From contig CP060765.1 in the NCBI GenBank assembly GCA_023205875.1, positions 434,001-498,000 on the forward strand: a stretch of 64,000 nucleotides of DNA. Reading direction: 5' to 3'. Within the stretch, counting starts at the first letter, position 1, and every line of letters begins with the position of its first letter. This document shows positions 1 to 10,469 of the stretch, piece after piece. Position numbers and translations under genes: made by a program. The notes beneath the pieces are model-generated. The model was not told where the DNA came from. It worked only from the letters and a program-made list of their open reading frames with translations, and searched no databases. The DNA comes from Chloropicon primus (Eukaryota).

Positions 1-1
1 C

Positions 2-1819
2 AAGCCTCATGGTCGCACGCAGACCTTGAAGTATGTCAATGGCTACGCCATCGCGGACCTCCCAAAGGCCGCTGCCATGGAGGCCATGGTCCCCCCGGAA
101 ATGCCCGAAGGTTCTGCGGAGCCCCACGCCGACGACGACGCCAAGAGCACCGAGGGCGGAATCCCAATGTCAAAACTCCCAGCCTGGGTGGCTTTCGACA
201 GGAAGGTCTGCAGATTCTACGCCTACTTCAAGGAGGGCGTCGATGAGAGCTACCAAGAGAACTACCGCATCAGGAAGTGCATCATTTACTATTACTTGGA
301 GGACGACTCCATCCACGTGGCCGAGCCGAAGCAGGAGAACAGCGGCATCCCACAGGGCGTCTTCATCAAGAGGCACATCATTCCCAAGGACGGGAACCCA
401 AAGGACTTCTTCAACATCATGGACCTGAAGATCGGCGAGGACGTCAGCTTCTACGGGCGCGTCTTCCACATCGTGGACTCTGACCCTTTCACCAGAGCTT
501 TCTTGGCCGAGAAGGGCGTCGAGGTTCCGCAGGCCTTGCCTTACCCAACCGAGCCCATCGAGAAGTACAGAGACTCTCTCAGGAAGGTGAAGTCCGGCGG
601 GCCACCAAAGCCGAGGGACGACGACTTGACGAGGTACGTCGAGGCCAAGCTCGGAAGGGCCTCCAACATCTTGCTTCAGGACAAGCTGAAGCAGTTCATC
701 GAGAACGACGGAAAGGTCCTTCGATTCTTCTGCGTCTGGGACGACCGCAACAAGCTCTACGGAGACAGGAGGCCTTACGTCCTCCACTACTTTTTGTCCG
801 ACGACACCGTCGAGATCTTGGAGGTCAACGAGCCAAACAGCGGCTGCGACCCCTTCCCACTGATGCTCAAGCGATCCAAGCTTCCAAAGGGGGAGCTCCA
901 GTTCGACATGTCTTTGGGCAAGAGAAGCGATGACTACTACAACATCGAGGACTTGGGCATCGGGAAGGTCATCAATGTGTACGGCAGGCCTTTCCTGCTT
1001 CACGACTGTGACGAGTTCACCAAGAAGTGGTACACCACCAAGGGAGGCAAGGAGGAGGTCGACTTCGCTCCTTTGGACATCTCCGAGGAGCCAGAGAACG
1101 TGCCAGAGACTAGCTTGCCAGAGTACAACGGGTTCGGTAGCCTCGAGGACACTCAACAGAACTGCATTTCCCTCATCCCAAAGCCACCAAAGAAGGACTT
1201 CCACAAGCTCATGTACAACGAGAAGAAGGTTCTCAGGTTCGTGGCCAAGTTCTACGAGGGAGAGGGACAGCACCTGTCGTACTCGGACATCGACCGTATT
1301 TTCATCCTTTCTTACTTCTTGTCGGATGACACCATTGCTATCTTCGAGCCACCGGCGAGAAACAGTGGAATCATCGGCGGGAAGTTCTTGGAGAGGTCTA
1401 GCGTGAAGAAGCCTGGTACCGTGGAGCCCTACATGGAGAACGACGTGTACGTCGGATCTCTGTTGAACGTCCACAACCGGATCTTCGAGCTCGTGGAGGC
1501 TGACGAGTACACCCTCCAGTACATGGAAGAGAACAAGCACATCTTCCTGTTCTCGGACATCTCCAAAATCCTAGAGGCGCTTACGGACAGCATCAGAGGA
1601 AAGGACAAGGACATCCGTTCGGCATTCATTGACATAGACAAGAACGGCACGGGATACATCTCCTTGGAGGAGCTCGAGGCGGCCCTCAAGGCGTCTGGAA
1701 TTTCCCACAACAAGCAGGAGCTCGTGACCCTGATGAGGAAATTCGACATCGACAGAACCCAAAAGGTCTCCGTCCAGGAGTTCTTCGAGACCATTGGTTT
1801 GGACTTTAGCCAACAGTAG
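2..1819 (+). CDS. EFHC1: EFHC1/Rib72-like axonemal microtubule inner protein (3 DM10 domains + C-terminal EF-hands), 5'-partial
   Basis: Frame is open from position 2 (KPHGRTQTLKYVNGY). Three DM10-like repeats (DRKVCRFYAYF..YYYLEDDSIHVAEP..NSG; KVLRFFCVWDD..HYFLSDDTVEI; KVLRFVAK..SYFLSDDTIAIFEP..NSGIIGGKFL). EF-hand loops DIDKNGTGYIS and DIDRTQKVS. Confidence 0.9.
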   Translation, partial: KPHGRTQTLKYVNGYAIADLPKAAAMEAMVPPEMPEGSAEPHADDDAKSTEGGIPMSKLPAWVAFDRKVCRFYAYFKEGVDESYQENYRIRKCIIYYYLEDDSIHVAEPKQENSGIPQGVFIKRHIIPKDGNPKDFFNIMDLKIGEDVSFYGRVFHIVDSDPFTRAFLAEKGVEVPQALPYPTEPIEKYRDSLRKVKSGGPPKPRDDDLTRYVEAKLGRASNILLQDKLKQFIENDGKVLRFFCVWDDRNKLYGDRRPYVLHYFLSDDTVEILEVNEPNSGCDPFPLMLKRSKLPKGELQFDMSLGKRSDDYYNIEDLGIGKVINVYGRPFLLHDCDEFTKKWYTTKGGKEEVDFAPLDISEEPENVPETSLPEYNGFGSLEDTQQNCISLIPKPPKKDFHKLMYNEKKVLRFVAKFYEGEGQHLSYSDIDRIFILSYFLSDDTIAIFEPPARNSGIIGGKFLERSSVKKPGTVEPYMENDVYVGSLLNVHNRIFELVEADEYTLQYMEENKHIFLFSDISKILEALTDSIRGKDKDIRSAFIDIDKNGTGYISLEELEAALKASGISHNKQELVTLMRKFDIDRTQKVSVQEFFETIGLDFSQQ

Positions 1820-2076
1820 AACCCCGCGGAACAAGGCTTGTGACCGACCCGGTCAAGCGGAACGGCTCTGCCTGACCAATCCATTGTTATCATTTAAGAA
1901 CCAAAAACTTTAAAAAAAACCTTGTAATCAGAAACGAACGACGAAACACTTTTCCAACCCAACCCAAACCCAAACCCGACACTGTCCCCTCCGATGGATC
2001 TCTCGTGATCTCTGCTGATCTCTCCAAGCAGGCGACTAGGGGAGAGGGAGAGAGACGACGAAGACGAACGCGAAGC

Positions 2077-3092
2077 ATGGGCCAAGGACTGAGTCTGGTA
2101 CGACGGGAGGGACAGCGGGGCATGGTCTCCGCGGAGGAGGCACTCGTCCGCATCCCTCGTTCCATTCGCTCGCAAAGCTGACGCCAAACGACTCTCTGAT
2201 TTTCGTGTTTTCAACGACAGGGCGTAGCCATGGGACTGCCCCTCCTGGGAGGCATCGCGGGGTCTGTGGTCACCCGAAAAGCTGTCAAGGAATGGTATGC
2301 GCTTCGTCGCCACTTCCACACACACACGCACACATCTCTCTCTCTCGCGCGCGCGCGCGCGTGTCGTTCCCCCCTGCGAGATCGATTGAGGAGGATCTCC
2401 CATCACCTTGTTCGCGTTCCTGACGTTTTTGCTGCTGGTCTCTGACAGGTACCCGACATTGAAGAAGCCCTCGTGGACGCCACCGAATTGGCTCTTTGGC
2501 CCGGTTTGGACGTTTCTGTATGCGACCATGGTACGACGGGAGGGACAGCGGGGCATGGTCTCCGCGGAGGAGGTGGCACTCGTACGCATCCCTCGTTCCA
2601 CTCGCTCGCAAAGCTGACGCCAAACGACTCTCTGATTTTCGTGTTTTCAACGAGCGACAGGGGTACGCGAGCTACAGAATTTTCCAGCAGGGCGGTTGGG
2701 AGAAGCAGTCCATGCCTCTGAGCTTGTACCTGGCGCAGCTGGCTTTGAACTTCACCTGGAGCCCCCTGTTCTTCGGTGCCAAGAAGGTGAGTTCGTGCGT
2801 TATTCTGATATCCGCTCCATCGGTCCCGCTCTTCCACTGACGACCCGTTCCGCCGCGTGGAATTCTGCTCGAGCAGTTGGGACTCGCCCTGGTGAACATA
2901 ACCGCGATGGGTGTCACGGTGGGAGCAACCGCGCACTCGTTCTGGCCCGTGGATCCGCTGGCGTCCAAGCTGCTGTGGCCCTATCTGTTCTGGGTCAGTT
3001 ATGCGACGGCTTTGAACACGTACATTTACATCAACAATCCACCGTCCTCAAAGAAGGACGGTGGCGACAGCAACAAAAGCAAAGCTTCCTGA
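2077..3092 (+). CDS. TSPO: TspO/MBR family translocator protein, 5 exons (2077-2097, 2221-2294, 2449-2530, 2661-2786, 2877-3092)
   Basis: Four GT-AG introns join in frame to give [97 protein letters not shown]. These contain the TspO motifs LxKPsWxPP, NxxWSPLFF and PYLxWVxYA. Confidence 0.92.
2098..2660 (+). repeat. Pair of near-identical spliceosomal introns (intron 1 at 2098-2220, intron 3 at 2531-2660) in TSPO
   Basis: Direct alignment of 123 vs 130 nt shows 2 substitutions, a 3-nt indel and a 4-nt indel. Both run GTACGA...GCTGAC...ACAG. Confidence 0.95.
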
Positions 3093-3451
3093 GCCAGCAC
3101 CGAGGTCGGCGTCCTCGCTTCCAGCAGTTTTTGTAGTCTACATCACCTCTTTTCTTTGAGACACAGGCAGAGAGAACGATGCATGAATCCATCCATCCTC
3201 CTCCCCCCCACAATACCCATCGTCCAGAGACACGCCGAGGCACAGAATCAGGCCCAGGGGAAGACAGTGACAGGGAGAATGTCTCCAACCCACCCATCCA
3301 TGCACCCCCTCGTCCTTCTCCGTCCTCCATCGCCTCGCCTCGCCTCCTGATTTTCAAACGAGACAGCGAGCAGAGAGAGAGCGGACGATCGGCGATCGAT
3401 CGCGGAAGGGGACGAGAGAGAGGAGAGAGAGAGGAGGGGGAGAGGGAGAGG

Positions 3452-4890
3452 ATGGAGGAGACGATGGAGGGACGCGTGAAGCGCGCCAAGGAGTTGAGCA
3501 GCAAGGGGGAGAACGAGTGGATGGAAGCGGAAGCGGAACTGAGGAAGCTCACGATCGAGGAAGGGACCACGAGAAGCCGGGTCGCGGGTGGGAACAAGAC
3601 GCTCGCGGCGGAGATAGCCAAGGCGAGGGAGGAGGCCGCCCTCGCGCTGGCGGACCTTTACGCGCAGAGGGGCTCGAGCGAGAAGCTCACTTGCCTGCTC
3701 GAGGACCTGAGACCTCTCTTCGCCGTGGTGCCGAAAGCGAAGACGGCGAAGATCGTGAGAGCGATCATCGACGCGGTGTCGAGAATACCTGGGACGACGG
3801 AGCTCCAGTTGAAGCTTTGTAGGGAGCAGGCTGCTTGGGCCCGTGAGGAGAAGAGGACTTTCTTGAGGCAGCGCATAGAGACCAGGCTCGCCTCTCTCCT
3901 TTTCGCTACCAAGGACTATCCCGGAGCTCTCGCGCTCATTGGAACGTACGTCGTTGTCGTTTGCTTTCTCTTCTACGCCCTGCCTCGCCTCCCTCTCTCT
4001 TGCACATCGCTCGGCGTGCTGACTTGCTCCTCTGCTTTGCTTTTCTTCGCCCCGGCGTTGGCCGATCCCGCAGACTCTTGAGCGAGGTGAAGAGGCTGGA
4101 CGACAAGCTCCTTCTTGTGGATATCCACTTGCTGGAGAGCAGGGTTCACCACGCCCTGAGGAACTTGCCCAAGTCGAAGGCCGCGCTCACGGCAGCCAGG
4201 ACGGCAGCGAATGCGATTTACGTGCCACCAAGTGCCCAGGCGGAGATCGACTGCCAGTCGGGAACTTTGCACGCCGAGGAGAAGGACTACAAGACGGCTT
4301 ACTCTTACTTCTACGAAGGTTTCGAGCAGCTGAGCTCCGTGGACGAGAAAAACGCTGGCCCGGTTTTGAAGTACATGCTCCTGTGCAAGATCATGTCGGG
4401 GAACGCCGAAGACGTCGCCAGCATCGTCAACACCAAGGCTGGCCTCAAGTATTCCAACTCTGGCGTGGACGCCATGACGGCGATCGCCGAGGCGTACAAG
4501 AACAGGTCCCTCAAGGAGTTCCAAGCGGCCTTGCACAAGTACGCGGAGGACCTGACCCAGGACATCATCGTCCACAACCACCTGCAGTCCCTGTACGACA
4601 AGATGCTCGAGCAGAACATCTGCAGGCTTATCGAGCCATACTCGACGGTCGAGATTGCTTACATTGCAAAACTGATTGACTTGCCAATCCAGGTGGTGGA
4701 GTCGAAGATGAGCCAGATGATCTTGGACAAGGTCTTCTGCGGGACTTTGGACCAGGGCTCGGGCGCCTTGATCATTTACGAGGACCCCGAGATCGACGAG
4801 GCTTACAACTTTGCGATAGAGACGTTCCAGACCCTTGGCAACGTCGTCAACTCCCTCATGAAGCGGTCGCAAAAGATCCAAGTTGGATAG
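3452..4890 (+). CDS. RPN6: 26S proteasome lid subunit RPN6/PSMD11, exons 3452-3945 and 4074-4890
   Basis: PKAKTAKIVR, EKRTFLRQRIETRL, EVKRLDDKLLLVDIHLLES, EEKDYKTAYSYFYEGFE and a PCI domain (LIEPYSTVEI..SQMILDK). A GT-AG intron at 3946-4073 restores the frame. Confidence 0.95.
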
Positions 4891-5066
4891 GACATTATTT
4901 TCAACAAACAATTTGTAACACGATGAATGACGGTCAAAAAGCGTGTGACGCGCCCAGCGGGGGCGGTCTCTCTGAGCACATAATCGATTACACTTCACGC
5001 ACACACACATATATTTGTTTCTCTTCTTCTACAATTAGATCTACACACACGCGTCGTCCGTTTACC

Positions 5067-6566
5067 TCAGGCCAAATCGCGGATGGTCCTTTCCGTGTTC
5101 TCGTCATCGGTTGGCCACGGGGAGGCCCTCTCCGAATACGTGGCCTGATCCTTCATGCCTCTTGGCTTGACGTGAGGAAGTGCAGAGAGCGTCCTCTTGG
5201 GGTTCTTCATGTTGAAATACCCTGCCGGGTAGGCTTCCACGATCCTCGAAGGCCATTTGTTCTCCAGCTGGGTCTGCTTCAACGTCTGCAAGACTCTCTC
5301 CTGCCTTGCGGCGAGCGAGGACTCCACCTCTCTCTTCCTCATGCGGTGGAGTGCCTTGCCCTTTATCCTGTCCTCCTCCGCCTTCCTGTTGACCCACTCG
5401 TTGAACGAGATCTTCTTCGTCAGTCGAAGCAGGGTGAACGACTTGGCTTGCTCCATGGGGGTCATCTTGTCGAAATCAGGAATCTGGACGGCGGGGTTGA
5501 GCTTGTCCAGGCCCTTGAGCCGCGCCGGGAACTTCATTGGCGAAGGTCGGTTCGACTTGCTGAGCTCCATGTTCTTCCAAACCTCCCTCTCCTGCTCCTT
5601 TTCGACGGACTTCCTTGTCTTCACCGCCCTCTCCAGGTCAGGCCCGTGGCCCAAGCGCCTGTCGAAATTGAAGGACTTGCAGTAGTTGTTCCATTCTTTG
5701 ATGCTCGACCTGAGGTCTGGGAGGTCTCTCTGGCTCACCGCGGTGTCCATGGACTTGAGAATCTGAAGAGCGTGACCAGCTTGTTCCAGGTCCTCCTCCG
5801 GCACCCCCAAGTCAGAAGCTTCCTTGTGGAGCCTCGACAAGGTCTGCAAGTCTGCGTGCTTGCAGGCCTCCTTCAGCTGCCTCTTGGTCGTCCTTTGCCT
5901 GACCTTCTTCTCCCTCTTTTGGACAACGCTCAGCATGTCTTGTGGCATGTTGTCCCTGAGGTACTGGATGACCACTTTGGTCTTCTTGCCCAACGCATGC
6001 AGCGGTGTCCTCTCGTGCTGGAGGGCCTTGGAGCCGCCCTTGATGCTCTCGTCGCTCTCGTTGCCCCTCCAGACCTCGGCGAAGGTGCCAGGACCCTTCG
6101 AAAGGCCTCGGCTCAGGGGGTTGGCGTCCAAGTTCAACTCCTTGAGCTTCACCAGCTTTCCTATTTCGACTGGGATGGTGTCGAGCTGGTTGTGGTCCAG
6201 CCACAGGGACTCCAAGTACACCAGCGTGCCGATCTCCTTGGGCACTTCAGACATGCAGTTTCCGCTGAGAACGAGCTTCTGCAGCATCTTGAGCTTCACA
6301 ATCCCTGAAGGGATGACCTTTATCGTGTTCCTCGACAGGAAGAGGCCCCTTAGCTTGCTGTTGTCTCGCAAGACGGCTTCTGGAAACTTGGTGAAGCCTC
6401 TGTCCTCCAAATGAACCCTGAAGTCGTTCGGCGTGATCTTGCTCAGCTTCAAGCGGTTTCCCTTGGAGCGAGCACTGCGGCTGTTGTCACTCCTTATCTG
6501 CCTCAGGGTCGGGTCCTTGGTGTCCGACGGGACTATGGCGTACTCCACGCCAGCGAAAAGAGCCAT
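5067..6566 (-). CDS. Leucine-rich repeat protein with basic/coiled-coil C-terminus, function unknown
   Basis: LxxLxLxxN repeats (LRGLFLSRNTIKVIP, LQKLVLSGNCMSEVP, LESLWLDHNQLDTIP, LKELNLDANPL) in a 499-aa ORF. Confidence 0.8.
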   Translation of the reverse strand: MALFAGVEYAIVPSDTKDPTLRQIRSDNSRSARSKGNRLKLSKITPNDFRVHLEDRGFTKFPEAVLRDNSKLRGLFLSRNTIKVIPSGIVKLKMLQKLVLSGNCMSEVPKEIGTLVYLESLWLDHNQLDTIPVEIGKLVKLKELNLDANPLSRGLSKGPGTFAEVWRGNESDESIKGGSKALQHERTPLHALGKKTKVVIQYLRDNMPQDMLSVVQKREKKVRQRTTKRQLKEACKHADLQTLSRLHKEASDLGVPEEDLEQAGHALQILKSMDTAVSQRDLPDLRSSIKEWNNYCKSFNFDRRLGHGPDLERAVKTRKSVEKEQEREVWKNMELSKSNRPSPMKFPARLKGLDKLNPAVQIPDFDKMTPMEQAKSFTLLRLTKKISFNEWVNRKAEEDRIKGKALHRMRKREVESSLAARQERVLQTLKQTQLENKWPSRIVEAYPAGYFNMKNPKRTLSALPHVKPRGMKDQATYSERASPWPTDDENTERTIRDLA

Positions 6567-6650
6567 CCTGCGCCCGCCAACTGAACGAGACTTCCACTAA
6601 AAACGGCTCTCGGTCTCCGTCTCGGGCAAGGGAGCAAAGCAAAGCAAAGC

Positions 6651-6652
<2 letters not shown>

Positions 6653-6716
<64 letters not shown>

Positions 6717-6720
6717 GTCT
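6653..6720. repeat. Compound (CA)n(CT)n microsatellite
   Basis: Directly visible. Confidence 0.9.
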
Positions 6721-7816
6721 CTTCGAAGAGACCAAAGTCTGCAGAGTTGTGGCCCCAAACACAGAACCGAGTGAACTCTTGTGAGCGTTCAAAGTTTTCC
6801 CAAGCGTGCGTCGACCGACCGACAGCTTGCACAAGACAAAGGCGTAACCGTCGTCCGCGTAGGGCTAGAGCGCGACGTAGCTACCTGGCGAACAAACCTC
6901 CCGCTCCTTTGCAAGGGGGACCCAAGTCTTCAACCGTTTCCTCTTTCCACAAGGCTTTCCTTCCTGTGACGTCTGGTCCCATGTGCCGAAACAACAAACA
7001 CATAAACATCTCCCATAGAATATAACGTCGTAACTCGAATATTTGAAAACCGGGGTCCCAGAGATTCCTGTGGTGGAAACGTTTCCTCGTAAGGTGGGAT
7101 TTCAACTGCGGAAATGTTGAGACGGGGAGGACGCGTCCCCAACGGGTAGGAGTGTGAGAGTAGTTTTCCCACATGGGACCGCCATTGTGGGACCAAGGCA
7201 AGGAGTGACGTCTAGGACAGAATACGCGAAGAATGTTTGAGCAACAGCAACTGACAGAACAACGCGAGAAGTCCGCAGAGAGAGACCGAGGCGGAGGTGA
7301 GTGGGTCCAGCAACACAAGTCCAGCAACAAGATGAGATGATACAATCCTCCAGCAACAAGAGTGTATACTCCTCGATTTGCAACTGAGCCTTCCCTGTCC
7401 TTGGACCGCGACCACCGACCCTTTGCGAGTGAGAGAGTGAGAGCAACAGCAAGAGCAAAAGGCCTCAGTCTTTGGACTCGTCCTCTCTTCTGCGTGTGAC
7501 AACGTTCCTCCCCCCCCAAAACGAGTTTTGCTCCGTGATTCTGAAAACCCGTAAGCTCGTGCTGTGCTTCCCCGTCTTCACCACCAGCGCCGTCACCAGA
7601 AGGCAGACGTCTTCCTGCGGACCACCAGGAGGGGCAACGATAGCGTGGAAGCCCTCGGGTGGCCACCAGAGAGGGAAGGAAGGGAGTGAAAAGATACTCG
7701 AAAGATACAAACCTTGGAGTGTGCTTGTGTGTAGAGCACCATGACGGACGCGGCGAGTGCACGGTAGTCGAGTTGCTCTCTCGGGAGGACTACTGCTGCA
7801 GTGACACTGTGTGTGT

Positions 7817-8914
7817 ATGACAGTGAAGGCGGGAGATATGTCGGCGTTTGGTGGGGCGTCCGCGAAGAAGGCGAAAAGCGGCGGGGCTAAGATGGCTGCG
7901 GGAGTTCGCAAGAAGTCGCCCTTTGAGTCGAGCCAAGGTCCGAGGAGGCCAAGCTTGGCCGGCGGCTCGGTGTCAGCAAAGGCAGCAAGGTCCGAGACGG
8001 GCGGAGCCTCCGGGACGACGACGACGACGACAACGAAGAAGAAGAAGAAGAAGACCACCACGAGTCCCACGAAGAATGACCTTCGCTCTGTGCAGGACCA
8101 GAGAAAGGCCAAGGACGCCAAATTGAAGGCCTTGTCCAGTCGTATTGCTTGGCTCCAGGCGGAGGAGGAGCGGGCGAGCGCCAAAGTCACGGAACTTCAC
8201 AGCCTCATCGAGGAAGCCGGGGAGAAGGCGGAGGAGGGAGTTCGGGACCCGTCGGAATTCTCCAAGGACATCAAGTTCAGGGGCGTCCTGTCTCAGAAGG
8301 GCAAGGAGCAAGTCCTCCTCACGAAAAGGAGGGTGAAGGAGGTCGCCAAGGAGCACAAGAAGGGTGCCAAGGAGCTGAGGAAGGACATCAAGAGGACCGA
8401 TAGAGTCAGAAAGAAGTTGCTGAATGCCACGACGGCTGCATCCTCGTCTTGCAGGGGCGGCGGTGAGGACGACTTCGACGGCCAATCCGCACCGAAATCG
8501 GTGCACAAGATACCAGGCTCATCCAAGCTTCAGCGGCCCGGGCAAGGAGAAGCAGCGGAGGTGGAGGAGTGCTTGGGTCACGAGGACGCTCCCCCGCTTC
8601 CTCGAGACAAGGGGAGTCATTCTGAGAACAAGTTCCCGCCCTCCCAGAGCGCAGATGTGTCCACGAAGAAGACGCTCAGTGCTCTGGAGCTCATCAGCCA
8701 GAGGTGGCGCGACGACAAGCAGCCGCTCAGGGAAAACGTGGCGATCACGAGGAAGCACATCATTTCTCAGAACAGCAAGAGAGGCAGCATCTTTGGAGGC
8801 GCGAAGAGGGGCGGACCCGAGGGTGAGGCGTGGGGGGCCGGTGGCGAGGCCGTCAACATCTTCGAATACAGTGCAGGGGCATGGAAGAAAGAAAGAAGCG
8901 TGAACGTGGCCTAA
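7817..8914 (+). CDS. Hypothetical basic, low-complexity protein with a central coiled coil
   Basis: Long ORF with codon style like neighbouring genes and a heptad segment DAKLKALSSRIAWLQAEEERASAKVTEL. No family recognised. Start could be 7817 or 7838. Confidence 0.6.
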   Translation: MTVKAGDMSAFGGASAKKAKSGGAKMAAGVRKKSPFESSQGPRRPSLAGGSVSAKAARSETGGASGTTTTTTTKKKKKKTTTSPTKNDLRSVQDQRKAKDAKLKALSSRIAWLQAEEERASAKVTELHSLIEEAGEKAEEGVRDPSEFSKDIKFRGVLSQKGKEQVLLTKRRVKEVAKEHKKGAKELRKDIKRTDRVRKKLLNATTAASSSCRGGGEDDFDGQSAPKSVHKIPGSSKLQRPGQGEAAEVEECLGHEDAPPLPRDKGSHSENKFPPSQSADVSTKKTLSALELISQRWRDDKQPLRENVAITRKHIISQNSKRGSIFGGAKRGGPEGEAWGAGGEAVNIFEYSAGAWKKERSVNVA

Positions 8915-8991
8915 AGCAGCTCTGCACAATAATTACATTTAGTACACAACAGAGAGTGAGCACGTCCGTCCATCCACTCCACTCAAGCATG

Positions 8992-9936
8992 CTACGCGAA
9001 GACTTGCAGTATGTTGTCCAAAGTGACGCAAAGAAATTGCGCTCGGTCGTCAGGACTGAAGGTCGAAACCTTCTCCAGAACGAGCACGCTGCCCACGCTG
9101 ATTTCCCCCTCCTTGGAGATCGGGTTGCTGAGCACCTCGCTGTGAACGGTGGCCCCGATGCTGCCGCTCGGATCTTTGAGGACGACGTAAGCGTTTCCAT
9201 CCCCACCCAGGTCCACGTGCTTGACGAGCCCCACGACTCTCGAGACCTTTCTGCTGGACAGGCCCCGCTCTCGAATGTCTTTGATGTCCACGACGGCAGC
9301 GGCAGGAGCAGACCCCGCTGGAGCGTCCGGGCCCGTGACGTCCAAGGCGCTCATGGCCAGTAGCCACTGCTTGCTCTTGAAGTCTTCCTCGTCCTCCATA
9401 CCTCTCATCAGGCTGAGGCGTTCTTCTCGCTGACCCTTGCTGCCGCGCGCGGAGACCACGCCCCTTCTCGCGCTTCTGTCGTTCTGCATGAGCCCGGGGC
9501 CGCCAGACCTCGCCCTCTTCCTCGACAGGGCCCTCTGCAGCTGGCCTATGGGACCTGGAAGGAGGACCAGCCCCAAGCCCTTCTCCTGCTGCGGGGATCT
9601 TGGGGTCGCAGCAGCGCCATAACCGCCTCCCCTCCCCTCGACCTCCTCGATCAAGACCTCTTCCTCCTCCTCTTCAGCCGCCCTCTGCGAAGCCCGCGGA
9701 GCGATTGGCGAAGATCGAACGAGCTCGCTGGCAAAGCCCTTGCTGCCCCGCTCCCCGCTTCCCTCCTTCCCCCCGCTGTTGATGGCACTGTCCAGGTCTC
9801 TCAGAGGCACGATGGCTTCAAGGTTCCCGCTCCCGCTTGGGTTCCCGTGACCAACCGTGTTGCCTCCTCGCCCTTCCTCCCGCTGCTCCTCGTCGCTGTC
9901 TTCGTCCACGTCGAGGTCCTCCCAGTCGTCATACAT
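8992..9936 (-). CDS. HROB: HROB/MCM8IP (C17orf53, DUF4539) OB-fold recombination factor
   Basis: C-terminal VSRVVGLVK..AYVVLKDPSGSIGATVHSEVL..ISVGSVLVLEKVSTFSP..LCVTLDNILQVF matches the DUF4539 pattern. The N-terminus is disordered and acidic. Confidence 0.85.
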   Translation of the reverse strand: MYDDWEDLDVDEDSDEEQREEGRGGNTVGHGNPSGSGNLEAIVPLRDLDSAINSGGKEGSGERGSKGFASELVRSSPIAPRASQRAAEEEEEEVLIEEVEGRGGGYGAAATPRSPQQEKGLGLVLLPGPIGQLQRALSRKRARSGGPGLMQNDRSARRGVVSARGSKGQREERLSLMRGMEDEEDFKSKQWLLAMSALDVTGPDAPAGSAPAAAVVDIKDIRERGLSSRKVSRVVGLVKHVDLGGDGNAYVVLKDPSGSIGATVHSEVLSNPISKEGEISVGSVLVLEKVSTFSPDDRAQFLCVTLDNILQVFA

Positions 9937-10469
9937 CTTGGAAGGAGAGAGAGAGAGAGAGAGAGTACACAAGGGCGATGCCGTGCGTGATCCCCTCAGC
10001 CTCGCTCCTGAATCCCTCCTCCTGGGCCACGCCGGGCGTCAAACGCTTCGAAAAAGGTACCAATCGGAAGCTAGCGAGACGCACTTTCGCATGGACGACC
10101 TCTCCGCGCCCCCCTCCTCCGCGCTCTTGCCGTTGTCCCAAGCAAAAGACGCGAACACCTCCGCCTCCGGACTCGTCTGTCGATGATGCTAATATAATAT
10201 GAATATGGCGGGAAAATCAGGAGAGAAGGGAGATCAGCAAGAGAGCAAGGGAGAGGGGAGGATGGTGGAGGAACCGTGAGGAGCGTCCCTTGGCGTTGGT
10301 TCCTTTCAAAGGAGAAGCTAATTTTTATCAATTACACACAACAAGAACAACGAGTTTTGTTTTGTTTTTTTGGAAAATATACAAGAGATACTGAAAACAC
10401 GGATGGAAAAGGGGAACAAAAACTGGCCGAGGCACTCCCGCCAAGGCACGAGGAGAAGCACCGGGCTCA

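Noticed and set aside
170..1540. 456-aa antisense ORF, representative of many others (e.g. 16911-19133, 30372-32447, 43241-45955, 54850-56508)
   Set aside because: These are shadow ORFs opposite well-supported genes. High GC3 depletes stop codons on the reverse strand, and the products are L/V/H/G-rich with no motifs.
6881..7800. Several 90-290 aa ORFs in the intergenic region between the LRR gene and the coiled-coil gene
   Set aside because: Atypical codon use, no recognisable motifs and no consistent splice model.
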